Part shown: one piece after another, positions 37,069 to 47,645 of the stretch
Layout: the number at the start of each line of letters is the position of its first letter
How positions within the stretch are numbered: the first letter of the stretch is position 1
Assembly: GCA_031274255.1 (NCBI GenBank)
Contig: JAISQK010000268.1
Location: 1 to 49,109 of the forward strand
Origin: Planctomycetaceae bacterium
GTDB taxonomy: Bacteria > Planctomycetota > Planctomycetia > Pirellulales > Thermoguttaceae
Direction: 5' to 3'
DNA: 49,109 nucleotides
Notes under the pieces: generated by a model
Database searches by the model: none
The model's input: the letters and a program-made list of their open reading frames with translations, nothing else
What the model was told of the DNA's origin: nothing
Translations under genes and position numbers: made by a program

Positions 37069-39810
37069 TCATTCCCCCCCTTTGATTTGACATTTGAGGG
37101 TTCGTTCGCCGCGGATTTCACGGGCAACAATCCGAATCGGTTTGCCGGTGAGTTCGCGTCCGTTCTCGATAAAATACGTGTTTTCACGGTGTCCGGTTCC
37201 CTGTTTGGAAATGATGATCCGCTGAATCGGACGGTCGGGAGCATACATCGAACATGAAAAACTGACTTCATCGGCACTGTTATTCGTAAAGGTCTGATAA
37301 ATTTCCAGTTGACCGCGGCGGTTCAAACGGGAAACGGCTTCAATGGTGATTTCGTTCGTGCCGACCTGAATTTCCTGATACACGCTGAAATGCTGCTCCT
37401 CCCAGTCTTCAAGAAAAACATTCATCTCCAACATACCGGAGCCGCTCATCGCGGAAGGGGTTAACATCAATGAGATGTTTTCCTCGTGCGTCTCGCCGGG
37501 TAAAATGGAAAAATGAAAATCTTCCGGCTCCACCAAAATTCCTTCAGGAGGCTGGATTCCTATTTTACCGAAAACCGTCACCGGAAAAGGATTCGTGATC
37601 GTGATTTTGTCGGGATGTTTGACACTGTATTTTTCCGGGAGGATTCCATTTTGCAATCGGGTGTTTTGCCGGATTTTTGTGATTTTCGGCTCGGCGTCCG
37701 TCACGAAAACCGGAATCTGTCCCGCGTTCACCGTCTGATGAAATTCCGTAAACGGTGCCGGAATTTCTTTTCCCCAAACATCCATGAGTTTTGCCCGGCT
37801 GCCGAAATTCATCATTTCCTGAACCGGAGCATTGTTCCAGATCATGTAAACATCTCCCAGCCCTTTCGGGTCGGAGAAGCAGAAATTCCGGCTCCCTTTT
37901 GGCATTCCGATGGACGGCACGGGAATTTTTCCGCCGATGAGCGTCGCGGTGGTTCGCCACGGAAGAAACAATTCCGTCGGCGTTTGGTCCTCTTGATACA
38001 ATCCTGACTGATTATTGATAGGCATGGAAAAAAACGCGGCCTCCGCTCCCTGTTTTCGAACGGTTCCCATCCGCAAAACCAGATCGGTCACCCTTTCCGT
38101 CAGCGGATAACGGTCCGATGGCAAGGGGGTCATGTCGGGAAAACAGCGGAAATCCGAAATGGGCACCACGTCGAGATAGTATTCCAAATCCTCCCATGTG
38201 AGCGGAAAATCATTCGTCAATGAGACAAAATTTTTACGGTTTCCGGTCTGTTTTTGAGAAAGTTCATTCGGTAAAGGATGCATCCAGTCCCAGGGAACTC
38301 CCAACGTGACATCCAAACCGCTTTGATCCAATTGCTGTTGAAAGTCGCCGATAAACCGGTCAAAGATTCCTGATTTCTGGATGGAGCGGTCGTGGTCTTC
38401 TCCCAACTGCCAGTCCGTAATAATCATTCCCAAATTGAGAAGGTTCCTTTCAAGGGAAGGGTACCACACGGAAAACGGCAGTGAAAAAATGCCGGCCGCA
38501 CCGTCATTTTGCTTCACCATGGTCGTAATCTCTTGCGGAGGGTGACTCAAAACACCAATCGGCCGAATCCGTCGGTCCGCCAGCCAGGTACAAAAGTCGA
38601 TGATTTCCGCAATATCCGTTTGTTTGGAATCCTTCGGGAGCCAGACCGGAATTTTGATTTGTCTCGCCCCGCTTTTTTCGATCATCGGTTTGAGAGTTTT
38701 GAGTTCCGCAAGACTCCACTTTCCCGGAAATGAAAGCCCGAACATTCCTGCGGGATCGGAAGGAAGCGGACCAAGAATCACAAACGATGTTTCGCCGAAA
38801 GCGTCTGTTGAAATCTTTCCTGAAGCGGGAACCGTTGCCGGGACGGAAACTCTCAAACGGTAATACCCTGCCGACGGTTGAAAGGGGATTTCCCAGTGAA
38901 ACGCGAAATGAACGGCTTCAGGAGCATCTTCCCGGGGCACACCGGTTTTTTGCGGCGAAAGCGAATGCGGAACCTCCTTTTTTTGCGGAATAAGTGTTTG
39001 CTTCTCCGAAACCAGTTCTTCTCCGAAAGGATTGAAAAGTGAAATCGTCGCCGGATCGCCGGAAGGAGAAACCATCGAAACCGTACCGTCAATCACAACA
39101 GACACGGAAGGGTCGAGTGTATTCCATGGACCGGGGGGTTGAAACTGAACTGTCGGCTGTTCGGAAATCTGCACTTGGGAAAACGCGACCGTACCGCGGA
39201 CATCCTGTTCGTCGTCAAACGGCGTAACATGCAATCCCAGGACAACACCGCGGGAATCAGAATGACTGGCAATTAATGGCGGCGTCACAAGCTGATACCA
39301 GCCGTTTGTGTTGCCGACAGGTTCGGAAAACACGGTTTGGAGAATCATTCCTGTTTCATCCAGCAACGAAAGGGAAATAAAGGTTTTATCATGCGTCAGA
39401 TCATTCGCAAAAACCGAGACCCCCGCGGAATACGTCATGTTACGGCAAACGGCGAGTTGAGGGGAAAAAACGGCGGCACTTCCCCGTTGAATCCGTATCC
39501 GGTAAAACTGGTTTCCCATGAGAGAACGTTGATGAACGATTCCCATTTCGAGATATTGCGGATATCCGGCTCCCTGATAACGCCGCCAGCCGTCCGGCTG
39601 ATCGTTTTTGTTGAGATCATGTTCCGGTCCGAAGATTGTACGGAAAATCGCTCCCGTCGGTGACATTCTCGCCATGGTGTCGGTGGTGATCCGGTCCAGC
39701 GGCATCACCGGTTTTCCCGTTGGTTCTGCTTCCGGGGAATCGGCTCCCCTTACGGCAATCCCGCCGATTCCAAGACAGATCACGACACTCACAAGACGGA
39801 AAATATCCAT
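37069..39810 (-). CDS. large secreted hypothetical protein (913 aa)
   Basis: A signal peptide is present and the ORF has coding-like composition. I did not recognise any domain. Confidence 0.55.
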   Translation of the reverse strand: MDIFRLVSVVICLGIGGIAVRGADSPEAEPTGKPVMPLDRITTDTMARMSPTGAIFRTIFGPEHDLNKNDQPDGWRRYQGAGYPQYLEMGIVHQRSLMGNQFYRIRIQRGSAAVFSPQLAVCRNMTYSAGVSVFANDLTHDKTFISLSLLDETGMILQTVFSEPVGNTNGWYQLVTPPLIASHSDSRGVVLGLHVTPFDDEQDVRGTVAFSQVQISEQPTVQFQPPGPWNTLDPSVSVVIDGTVSMVSPSGDPATISLFNPFGEELVSEKQTLIPQKKEVPHSLSPQKTGVPREDAPEAVHFAFHWEIPFQPSAGYYRLRVSVPATVPASGKISTDAFGETSFVILGPLPSDPAGMFGLSFPGKWSLAELKTLKPMIEKSGARQIKIPVWLPKDSKQTDIAEIIDFCTWLADRRIRPIGVLSHPPQEITTMVKQNDGAAGIFSLPFSVWYPSLERNLLNLGMIITDWQLGEDHDRSIQKSGIFDRFIGDFQQQLDQSGLDVTLGVPWDWMHPLPNELSQKQTGNRKNFVSLTNDFPLTWEDLEYYLDVVPISDFRCFPDMTPLPSDRYPLTERVTDLVLRMGTVRKQGAEAAFFSMPINNQSGLYQEDQTPTELFLPWRTTATLIGGKIPVPSIGMPKGSRNFCFSDPKGLGDVYMIWNNAPVQEMMNFGSRAKLMDVWGKEIPAPFTEFHQTVNAGQIPVFVTDAEPKITKIRQNTRLQNGILPEKYSVKHPDKITITNPFPVTVFGKIGIQPPEGILVEPEDFHFSILPGETHEENISLMLTPSAMSGSGMLEMNVFLEDWEEQHFSVYQEIQVGTNEITIEAVSRLNRRGQLEIYQTFTNNSADEVSFSCSMYAPDRPIQRIIISKQGTGHRENTYFIENGRELTGKPIRIVAREIRGERTLKCQIKGGE

Positions 39811-39816
39811 ACGAAT

Positions 39817-40509
39817 TTATCCTTTCTCTATCGTTCCTTCAATCAGTATTTGCCCTGTCTCCGTTTTGACGGACTCGGCAAGGATTTTCTTTCCTTTGGG
39901 TGCGGGAATGTCCCACATCACCTTGACAGCGACATCACCGCTTTCGTTGACATTCTGATAACGTATCTTTTTGCGGTCCAGCGTTTCCGTAAGCAGACGA
40001 AGAACCGTTTTTCGGCTAAGCGGATAAACACCGAGTTTTGCCGAACGCAGACGCAGCACAAATTGATTCGGTTCCGCAACGGTGACGGAAAATTTCAGAT
40101 GAACCGCACCTTTCCAATTTCCATACTCTGTCATCGCAACAAGTTCAATGACGTTTCCCTGAATGCGGAGACAGGGAGAGTGAAACTCTTTGGTAAACAG
40201 ACTTTCCTTGCCGTTCACGGCACTTGTCGAGAGCCATGCGTTCATTTCCTCCTCTGTCAACATCAACTGCCAGGGAGTGTCCTGCGTCTGAAAATGGGAG
40301 TAAAGATTCAGCGACTTACGGACAGCGGAGTCGTTCCGGTCGAGTTTCTTTTCCCGCGGCACCGACATCCATTGACGGTAAAATCCCGGTGTTCTCCGGG
40401 CGGCAAGAACAAGAAGAAAAATCACCAAAAGAAGAATCCATCCGATAAGGACTCCCATCCCGAAGAGCTTTTTTCGTTTTTGAAAGAAAAATTCCTTTTT
40501 TCGGATCAT
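39817..40509 (-). CDS. hypothetical membrane-anchored protein
   Basis: A start at MIRKKEFFF is followed by a TM segment (GMGVLIGWILLLVIFLLVL). Confidence 0.45.
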   Translation of the reverse strand: MIRKKEFFFQKRKKLFGMGVLIGWILLLVIFLLVLAARRTPGFYRQWMSVPREKKLDRNDSAVRKSLNLYSHFQTQDTPWQLMLTEEEMNAWLSTSAVNGKESLFTKEFHSPCLRIQGNVIELVAMTEYGNWKGAVHLKFSVTVAEPNQFVLRLRSAKLGVYPLSRKTVLRLLTETLDRKKIRYQNVNESGDVAVKVMWDIPAPKGKKILAESVKTETGQILIEGTIEKG

Positions 40510-40597
40510 GGCACTGCCTTTTACTGGTTCTGTTCCATTATTACAGCCAACATAAAATTGAACTTGTCCGGTGAACCGCCGGTGTTCCGTATTCCGC

Positions 40598-41659
40598 TCA
40601 GAAGATGAAATTCTGACCGGCATTAAGGCAGTTTCGCGGATCACCTCCCATGTGCCGGATGCCGTTCACTGTGATGATCCGTCCGCGAGGCGTGCGGACC
40701 AGAAGCTCACTCCGCAGCAGAAACGGCTCGACTTCATCAATGAGCGTATCCGCCGCAACATTCATTGTGTGAGCCACCGCTTCGACACCGACCGGACCGC
40801 CCTGAAAAACGCGGAGAATCGTGTCGAGGTATTTACGGTCCTGGGCATCAAGCCCGACAATATCGACTCCTGCCATTTCGAGAGCTTTTTTCGCAATATC
40901 CAAAGTAATACGGCCGTCCTCACGAGCGTCCGTGTAATCACGTACCCAACGGAGTCTGTTATTGGCCAGTCTCGGGGTTCCGCGGCTCCGCGATGCGATT
41001 TCATGGGACGCCTCATTCGTAATTTCGACATTCAGCTTGTCGGAATTACGGTGGATAATCTCGGAAAGCTCCTCATTCGTGTAAAAATCAAGGTGTTCCC
41101 GCATTTGAAAACGGTCACGCAACGGTGCCGAAATCAGTCCCGTCCGCGTGGTCGCTCCAATCAGCGTGAACGGCTTGAGATGGATATTCAGCGTGCGTGC
41201 GTTGACCCCTTCGCCGAGTGTCAGATCAATCCGAAAATCCTCCATGGCCGGATACAAAAATTCCTCGACCGCTTTCTGCATCCGGTGAATTTCGTCGATG
41301 AAAAGCACCGACCCTTCCTCGGCATTTGTCAGATACGGCACCAGATCTTTCGGCGCACGAAGCGTCGCCCCGTTTCCGATCTGAAAAGGGACCCCCAGTT
41401 CCCGCGGAATGCACATGGCAAAGGTCGTTTTTCCCAGTCCCGGCGGACCGTCGAAAAGGATATGTCCGAGCGGTTCCTTTCGTTTTCGTGCCGCCTGAAT
41501 CGCGATTTCAATCCGGTCATAGACATCCCGTTGGCCGACCATTTCGAACATCCGCTGCGGACGAAGCGCACGTTCCTCGTCAAGAGTCAGTTCGACCTTG
41601 TTTTCCGGGGGCATTTCCGGCGGCTCAACATCGGGGCCGAATATCGCTTCTCTTGGCAC
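40598..41659 (-). CDS. ruvB: Holliday junction branch migration helicase RuvB
   Basis: The Walker A motif GPPGLGKTT is present. RuvB sensor motifs and a C-terminal winged helix are present. No ruvA is adjacent. Confidence 0.95.
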   Translation of the reverse strand: MPREAIFGPDVEPPEMPPENKVELTLDEERALRPQRMFEMVGQRDVYDRIEIAIQAARKRKEPLGHILFDGPPGLGKTTFAMCIPRELGVPFQIGNGATLRAPKDLVPYLTNAEEGSVLFIDEIHRMQKAVEEFLYPAMEDFRIDLTLGEGVNARTLNIHLKPFTLIGATTRTGLISAPLRDRFQMREHLDFYTNEELSEIIHRNSDKLNVEITNEASHEIASRSRGTPRLANNRLRWVRDYTDAREDGRITLDIAKKALEMAGVDIVGLDAQDRKYLDTILRVFQGGPVGVEAVAHTMNVAADTLIDEVEPFLLRSELLVRTPRGRIITVNGIRHMGGDPRNCLNAGQNFIF

Positions 41660-41725
41660 TATTTTATCACCTTAATCTCACCGTTCATTAAAATCATTTT
41701 GCCTGAAAGAGGAAAAGCGGTTCAC

Positions 41726-42628
41726 TCATTCCTCCTCAAAAAAGTCATAATCCATCCGCTTGATTTCATAAGACGCAACGGTGGTAACTCCCAAATTGTA
41801 GTCAATCATCAATTGCATCAATTCCGTACCATCAATCAATACTATTTTCGTATCATTATGGGGTTGGTATTTCCTCGCGTCCTCCGTAAATGTGGAAGTG
41901 GTAATGAAAACACCTTTTTTTGCCCCATGACCCGCAAGTGCCCCAACAAATTTTTGGATTTCAGGACGGCCAATCGAAGAATCTTTCCAACGTTTGGCCT
42001 GAAGATAAACGACATCAAGACCGAGTTTGTCTTCCTTGATAATACCGTCAATTCCACCGTCTCCCGACTGTCCCACCGCTTTTCCTGCATCTTCCATTGA
42101 ACCGCCGTACCCCATCCGCACAAGGAGTTTGACCACAAGACGTTCGAAGAAATCCGATTTTTTGGCATGAATTTGACTCAGTAATTCATCTGCCAGTGCC
42201 TGACGCAATATTTCATAATTCTCATCAATCACTTCTTCCGGTGCCGCAGCTTTTTCATCACCGTCAATTGCCGCATTCTCGTTTTCATTCTTTTTTCCAG
42301 AAACAATGTATTCAGAAAATCTCTTCAAGTATTTAATATCGATGGAGTCCGGTTTTTCTTTGAGAATATCCAAACCTCTTTTTGTGATTTTGACGTATCC
42401 TTTCTCCGGTGTTTCAATCACTGAAACTCTTTTAAAATAAGAACGAACCCAATCAACATTATTTCCGAATCTCTTTCCACCGCTTTTCAACCGCTCGTTT
42501 TTTTCCGCTTCGGTTAATTGAAAGTGTTCTGCCAATGTTTCTTTGATGTCACTGGCCTTGTGAAGTTTATTATCTCCAATAATTTTCAGAAAAGGCAAAA
42601 AACATTCTTGAAATTCCGGTACCGGCAT
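41726..42628 (-). CDS. mrr: Mrr-family type IV (modification-dependent) restriction endonuclease
   Basis: The Mrr_cat motifs are present (GQSGDGGIDGIIKEDKLGLDVVYLQAKRW...IDGTELMQLMIDYNLGV). An N-terminal winged-helix Mrr_N-like region is present. Confidence 0.85.
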   Translation of the reverse strand: MPVPEFQECFLPFLKIIGDNKLHKASDIKETLAEHFQLTEAEKNERLKSGGKRFGNNVDWVRSYFKRVSVIETPEKGYVKITKRGLDILKEKPDSIDIKYLKRFSEYIVSGKKNENENAAIDGDEKAAAPEEVIDENYEILRQALADELLSQIHAKKSDFFERLVVKLLVRMGYGGSMEDAGKAVGQSGDGGIDGIIKEDKLGLDVVYLQAKRWKDSSIGRPEIQKFVGALAGHGAKKGVFITTSTFTEDARKYQPHNDTKIVLIDGTELMQLMIDYNLGVTTVASYEIKRMDYDFFEEE

Positions 42629-42733
42629 AAAAGTAATCCTTAATGAGATAACCGTCTTGGTATCGTAATAAAATCTAATACATTTTGTGCCGATACCCCT
42701 GACGGTGTGCGGTTAAACATGTTGAAACGCCAT

Positions 42734-43828
42734 TCAACCGTTCTTTCGGGCAAAGTCGAGCATGAAATCACGTAAGGCCAGAACGCCTTCTTCCGGCATG
42801 GCGTTATAAATCGACGCACGGCAGCCGCCGACACTTCGGTGACCGGAAAGCTGCGTCAGGTGATGCGTTTTTGCCCCGTCAAGGAACTTTTTCGTCAGTT
42901 CCTCCGACGGCAGCACAAACGGCACATTCATCATGGAACGGTACTCCTTGTCCGCGTGTCCCCGGTAAAAACCATGGGAACGGTCAATCACATCGTAGAG
43001 ATATTTCGCTTTTTCCGCGTTCCGCTGCTCCATTTTTTCAAGTCCGCCGATGTGGTCGAGAAGCCATTCCGTCACGAGTTTGACCATGTAAACCGCAAAA
43101 CACGGAGGCGTGTTGACCATGGAACGTCCGTCGCTGAGGACTTTGTAGTTGAGCATTTTCGGGAGTTCCTTCGGCGACCGCTCCACGAGATCGTCACGTA
43201 TTATCACAATCGTCACACCGGCGGGGCCTGCATTTTTCTGGGCGCAAGCGAAGTAAATCCCGAATCGGGAGATGTCAACAGAACGGCTGAAAATATCGGA
43301 CGAAGCGTCGCACACGAGCGGGATGTCACCGGTGTCGGGATATTCCCGCCACTGCACGCCCTGGATGGTTTCGTTGGAACAGGTGTAACAGTAAGCGGCC
43401 TCCGGATTCCCCGTGTATTCCTCCGGCTTCGGCTTCCGTCTGAAACCGGATTCCGCTCCGTCCCAGAGGATGTTGGTCTCTCCCTGCGTTTTCGCCTCGC
43501 CGAGAGCCGTCTTGCTCCAGGTGCCGGAAATGAGGTAGTCGGCTTTTTTTCCGGTGTTTTTGAGGAAATTCATCGGAATCATCGCGAACTGGAGGAGTGC
43601 CCCGCCCTGCAGAAAAAGGATTCGGTAGTTATCAGGAACATTCAGCAGTTTACGGATGTTGGTCTCGGTTTGGATGATGATTTCGTCGAACGGCCTGGCA
43701 CGGTGACTGACTTCCAGCACGGAACAGCCGGCATCGGGGAGACAAAGCAGCTCTTCCTGAGCTTTGCGCAACACAGAAAGCGGTAAAACAGCGGGTCCGG
43801 CGGAAAAATTGTAAACACGTTCTTGCAT
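42734..43828 (-). CDS. serC: 3-phosphoserine/phosphohydroxythreonine aminotransferase
   Basis: The product is full-length SerC (YNFSAGPAVLP...). Confidence 0.95.
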   Translation of the reverse strand: MQERVYNFSAGPAVLPLSVLRKAQEELLCLPDAGCSVLEVSHRARPFDEIIIQTETNIRKLLNVPDNYRILFLQGGALLQFAMIPMNFLKNTGKKADYLISGTWSKTALGEAKTQGETNILWDGAESGFRRKPKPEEYTGNPEAAYCYTCSNETIQGVQWREYPDTGDIPLVCDASSDIFSRSVDISRFGIYFACAQKNAGPAGVTIVIIRDDLVERSPKELPKMLNYKVLSDGRSMVNTPPCFAVYMVKLVTEWLLDHIGGLEKMEQRNAEKAKYLYDVIDRSHGFYRGHADKEYRSMMNVPFVLPSEELTKKFLDGAKTHHLTQLSGHRSVGGCRASIYNAMPEEGVLALRDFMLDFARKNG

Positions 43829-44078
43829 GGCAACGTCTTTTCGTAGAGGTAAAGGGTGGACAAACTTTGACGGAAACGGATGTTTATTATATCCGAATAA
43901 GGTCTTGTCTTAAATGGGGTGGTGCGTATGCGGAAAAATATTGTTTTATCTGATTGTGTAAGATGGCCTGTGATTCGAAAATGGTCAATGGGGGATATTG
44001 CCATAATCCTCAAAAGCAACGAAAATAGATCTTGGGTGATTGGGATTCTGAAAACGGAGAAGAACGGAGAAGAGACGG

Positions 44079-45359
44079 GTGGGATTTTTTACGGAACATT
44101 TTTCGATACTTCCGGTCATGGGGGCGACGCTTCTTCTTTCGATGTTTTTCTCGATGTGCGAGACGACGTTTTTCACGCTTTCCCCCGCCGAACGCCGACG
44201 CATGAAACACGGCAACCGTTTTCAGCGGCTCGCGGTACGGCTGGCGGAAAATTCGGAAGCGATTTTGCCGGCGATTCTCTTTTGGAACCTGTCGGTGAAT
44301 CTCCTCACTTTTGCCCTGTCGACGATTCTGAGTTTGCAGCTTCAAAAAGCGAACCATCCGACGCAGGCAGGTCTTGCGGCCGTTACGGTATTGGTCATTG
44401 TGGTGGTGTTTTGCGAAATTCTCCCGAAGAATCTCGGCGTTCTGTTTCCGCGATTTTTTGCGATACTGCTTGCGCCGCCTCTTTCATTTGCGGTACGGCT
44501 GGCAAAACCGATTCTCCCGTTTCTCAACGGGGTCAACATTTTGACGCGGCGGCTCTTTTTTCCGAATTTTCAGCCGGAACCGTTTCTTCAAATCAGTGAT
44601 CTCGAAAAACTGGTGGAACTTTCGCAAAAAGACGCCACACTCCTTAAGCGGGAACAGCGTGTGCTGCAAAGCATTGTCCATCTTTCCGAAGTCACCGCGG
44701 AAGAACTGATGCGTCCGCGGAAAATGCTGAAGCTCTACAAACCGCCGCTCACCTTTGCGGCACTGCTCAAGGAACCGCCGGCCGGGGATTATATTTTCAT
44801 CACCGAGCCGGACACGGATGAAATCGCCGCCGCCGTTTCCCTCCGTCACTATAAGATTCCTCCTGACACGGCGGATCAGGACACGGCGGTCTGGGAGGCC
44901 AATACCGTTCCGGTGGTGTATGTTCCGTGGTCAATGAAGCTGGCCGGCGTGCTGGAAGTTCTGCAAAAGCAACACCGCGACATCGCCGCTGTACTCAACG
45001 AATACGGGGAGACCGTCGGTGTCATTTCGATTCAAGACTTGACGTATTTCCTTTTTGCGATGGTTCCAAGCCGGACACGTTTGCTGCTGAAGCGTTCCTC
45101 ACTTCGGAAAACAGGTCCCGGTCACTGGCAGGTTTCGGGAATCACGAATCTTCGGCGTCTGAAACGCTATTTTGCACTGGCTTCGCTGCCGCCGTGTGAC
45201 GCGCTGACCGTCGCGGGGGTCCTCCAGGAGGAACTGCAGCGGATGCCGGAAACCGGTGATGTGTGTTGCTGGGGACCGTTTCAGATGACCGTACTGGACC
45301 AGTCGCAGGAAGAAGGCATGAAGGTGGACATCCAACTGAAAAAGGAGGTCCGGGCATAA
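44079..45359 (+). CDS. hemolysin/CNNM family protein (DUF21 + CBS pair + CorC_HlyC)
   Basis: An N-terminal multi-TM DUF21 domain is present, with a CBS pair (E(E)LMRPR...) and a C-terminal transporter-associated domain. The overlapping ORF at 43919-44599 is rejected. Confidence 0.8.
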   Translation: MGFFTEHFSILPVMGATLLLSMFFSMCETTFFTLSPAERRRMKHGNRFQRLAVRLAENSEAILPAILFWNLSVNLLTFALSTILSLQLQKANHPTQAGLAAVTVLVIVVVFCEILPKNLGVLFPRFFAILLAPPLSFAVRLAKPILPFLNGVNILTRRLFFPNFQPEPFLQISDLEKLVELSQKDATLLKREQRVLQSIVHLSEVTAEELMRPRKMLKLYKPPLTFAALLKEPPAGDYIFITEPDTDEIAAAVSLRHYKIPPDTADQDTAVWEANTVPVVYVPWSMKLAGVLEVLQKQHRDIAAVLNEYGETVGVISIQDLTYFLFAMVPSRTRLLLKRSSLRKTGPGHWQVSGITNLRRLKRYFALASLPPCDALTVAGVLQEELQRMPETGDVCCWGPFQMTVLDQSQEEGMKVDIQLKKEVRA

Positions 45360-46379
45360 ATGGCAACGGCTCTGATTTTACTTGTTCTCGGCTTTGTTCA
45401 CAGTGCCGTGTTCAGCGGCACGGAAACCGGATACTACCGTGTTTCGCGCATTCGGATTCTGGTGGACGCCGTTTCGGGAAAACGTGCGGCGAAGATGATT
45501 CTTTGGCTTATCAATCGTCCGTCGGTGTTCATCGCAACGATTCTGATCGGGAACAACATCGCCAACAATATCGTTTCGACGGGCGGAATCCTTCTTGTGC
45601 AAACCTTTTTTGTCACCGGAAACCACACCGGCGACATCATGGCGACCGTGTTACTGACACCGTTTCTTTTTGTGTTGGGAGAAATGTTCCCGAAATATCT
45701 GGCACTTCACGCCCCTTACCAATTTCTGCGGCGGGTCTGTCCGTTGTTTTTGCTCTACGTGATTCTTTTTCTGCCTGCTTCGATGCTGATCGGGTTTTTC
45801 AACCGGATGCTTTCTTCGCTTCTGCATGGAAAACACGAGGAATGGCGGATGATTCTCGCCCGAAAGGAACTGTCCCGCGGTTTTGACGAAGGGGAATACG
45901 CCGGAGTCTTGTTCTCCGTGCAGCGGGAGTTGACGAAAAATGTTTTTGCGGCGGCGCGTCAGTCGATCCGTCCGTTTGCCAGACCGCTTGACGCCTTCCC
46001 GCGTCTTACGCAGAGCATGCCGCCGGAGACGCTCCTTGCCGAAGCGAAAAAACACGGACTTTGCGAGTTTCCGGTCTTTTCCGAAAATCCTCTTGACGAG
46101 CCAGTCGGTTATCTCAGAACATTTGAACTTCAGCTTGCCGCCGTCCGGGCGAAAGACAAGCCGGTGCCGCTTCCGATTCGCTCTTTGGAATCTTTTGAGG
46201 AGTCGCATTCTCCGCTGAATGCGTTGCTGCTTTTCCAGTCCACCGGGGAATCGCTTGCGTGTCTGGAATCCGAGGACGGTGAAATCACGGGCTTGATTTC
46301 GGTCTCGGAACTGCGAAAAACGATGTTTTCGACAGAGAGTTTTCCCCCGCCAACCAACGCGAGGGCATTGGATCCCTGA
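45360..46379 (+). CDS. DUF21/CNNM-family membrane protein with CBS domain (paralog)
   Basis: The ATG at 45360 directly follows the TAA of the preceding paralog. A DUF21-like TM region and CBS-like C-terminus are present. Confidence 0.7.
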   Translation: MATALILLVLGFVHSAVFSGTETGYYRVSRIRILVDAVSGKRAAKMILWLINRPSVFIATILIGNNIANNIVSTGGILLVQTFFVTGNHTGDIMATVLLTPFLFVLGEMFPKYLALHAPYQFLRRVCPLFLLYVILFLPASMLIGFFNRMLSSLLHGKHEEWRMILARKELSRGFDEGEYAGVLFSVQRELTKNVFAAARQSIRPFARPLDAFPRLTQSMPPETLLAEAKKHGLCEFPVFSENPLDEPVGYLRTFELQLAAVRAKDKPVPLPIRSLESFEESHSPLNALLLFQSTGESLACLESEDGEITGLISVSELRKTMFSTESFPPPTNARALDP

Positions 46380-46380
46380 T

Positions 46381-46646
46381 GGGACTGCCGTCCCGAGAGT
46401 CACGAACCCGCTCCTGATGGTCGCTGGTATCAACCGGCGGAAAACGTTTTCATTTGGTATCCAGTGGGAGAGATTTTCTAACTGGCGGCGAACCGCCAAC
46501 GTAGCACGTTGGATCGGTCGCGAGCCGCGACGGGCGGTATGCCCCCCAGCCTTTTCAAGGCGGTCGGTTTCAGTAGTTATTCTCTTCACGTTGTTCCGCT
46601 TGCCAATTCCAGCGACCAACGCTGTGGTTCTCGGGACGGTAGTCCC
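46381..46646. repeat. GC-rich hairpin-dense repeat element, copy B (complete; ~40-bp terminal inverted repeats)
   Basis: The 5' end gggactgccgtcccgagagtcacgaacccgctcctgatggtcgctgg (46381-46427) is the inverted repeat of the 3' end ccagcgaccaacgctgtggttctcgggacggtagtccc (46609-46646). Internal hairpins are ggcgg-cgaa-ccgcc, ccaacgt-agc-acgttgg and gtcgcg-agc-cgcgac. The element starts 1 nt after the stop codon of the upstream gene. Confidence 0.55.
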
Positions 46647-46844
46647 TTCTGCGGTGAAGCGGCCTACCGCTGCACGCCGGAGGCATTTCTTTTTAGTGGC
46701 TTTTGCGGAGAGTGAAGGGAATTGGGAAGAAAGCAGTCAGGGTTATCTCAATATTCTCTTATGAAACTCTTTCGTCATAAGACTTTAAAAGGGATGTCTG
46801 CCGACCGGTCAAACGTGCCGTTTGATCGCAATATCGCAAGCGGT

Positions 46845-46917
46845 TGGAAACATTGTTTCGCCAGTTGATACCAGTGAGCAACGCGAACGGATTCGTGGTT
46901 TTCTGGACGGAAGTCCC
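46845..46917. repeat. GC-rich repeat element, partial copy C
   Basis: The sequence gccagttgataccagtgagcaacgcgaacggattcgtggttttctggacggaagtccc is homologous to the terminal-repeat block of copy B (the reverse complement of its 5' end) and to the copy A end. Confidence 0.5.
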
Positions 46918-47028
46918 GGCCGGGATACAACGTCCGCACGTTGGCGGGGCTGCCGTTTTGCAGAGAGCGAAGTGAATGTTTGACCCGTTGAGGGACTATC
47001 TATTTTAGTCCCCGTAACAAGTCAGCAT

Positions 47029-47532
47029 TTATTTGTACTCTTCAAGATTAACACTCAGACCGGTTTGTTTTCCGGCAACGTCAATTTTTAGCGGAGTGGT
47101 GTCGGTTTTTGTCAGCTTCGGGGGAATCATTTTGGGAAGGGCAGCCTGCCTGTTTTTCATTTGTTTTGTGTATTCATTCAGTTGGGGTTGAGTCATGGCG
47201 TGCCGCTCCTCCTCGGTTTTAGTATGTTCCACAAAGGGCTCTTTCACAAGAATGACTTTGTAAGTTCCTTCGGGAACGCCGGGTTTCGAGTAACTTGCAT
47301 AAGTTGTTCTGACCTGACAGACTCCGGTAGAGTCCGTTTTGCCGAAAAAGACAATGCTGTCAACCGGCGTGACCGGTTTCAGGGAGACTTCCACATCGGC
47401 AACGGGTGTCGTTCCCCGAAGAACAATGATCTGACACGGAACAACTTTGGGAAAACCTTTCGGCGAGTCCGAACAACCGCAGAATGAAAGGGATAACAAA
47501 CACGTCAACAAAACAAAAAAACGTTCAGGCAT
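47029..47532 (-). CDS. small lipoprotein (hypothetical)
   Basis: A signal peptide plus lipobox is present (LLTCLLSLSFCGCSD). It lies directly downstream of the DUF1559 gene, which is the usual pairing in PVC genomes. Confidence 0.55.
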   Translation of the reverse strand: MPERFFVLLTCLLSLSFCGCSDSPKGFPKVVPCQIIVLRGTTPVADVEVSLKPVTPVDSIVFFGKTDSTGVCQVRTTYASYSKPGVPEGTYKVILVKEPFVEHTKTEEERHAMTQPQLNEYTKQMKNRQAALPKMIPPKLTKTDTTPLKIDVAGKQTGLSVNLEEYK

Positions 47533-47645
47533 CAAAAGTTTCCTTTTCCGAAAAAAAAATAAGCAAATCGGGACGGACATAAAAAGTACCCCGATGATGT
47601 CCGTCCTTTTGTAAAAATTTTGCGGTATTCGCCCCGTTACGGGTC

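Noticed and set aside
43919-44599. A 226-aa ORF overlapping the start of the CNNM gene.
   Set aside because: It is in a different frame from the well-supported DUF21/CBS gene. Its translation has no motifs and has junk-like composition.
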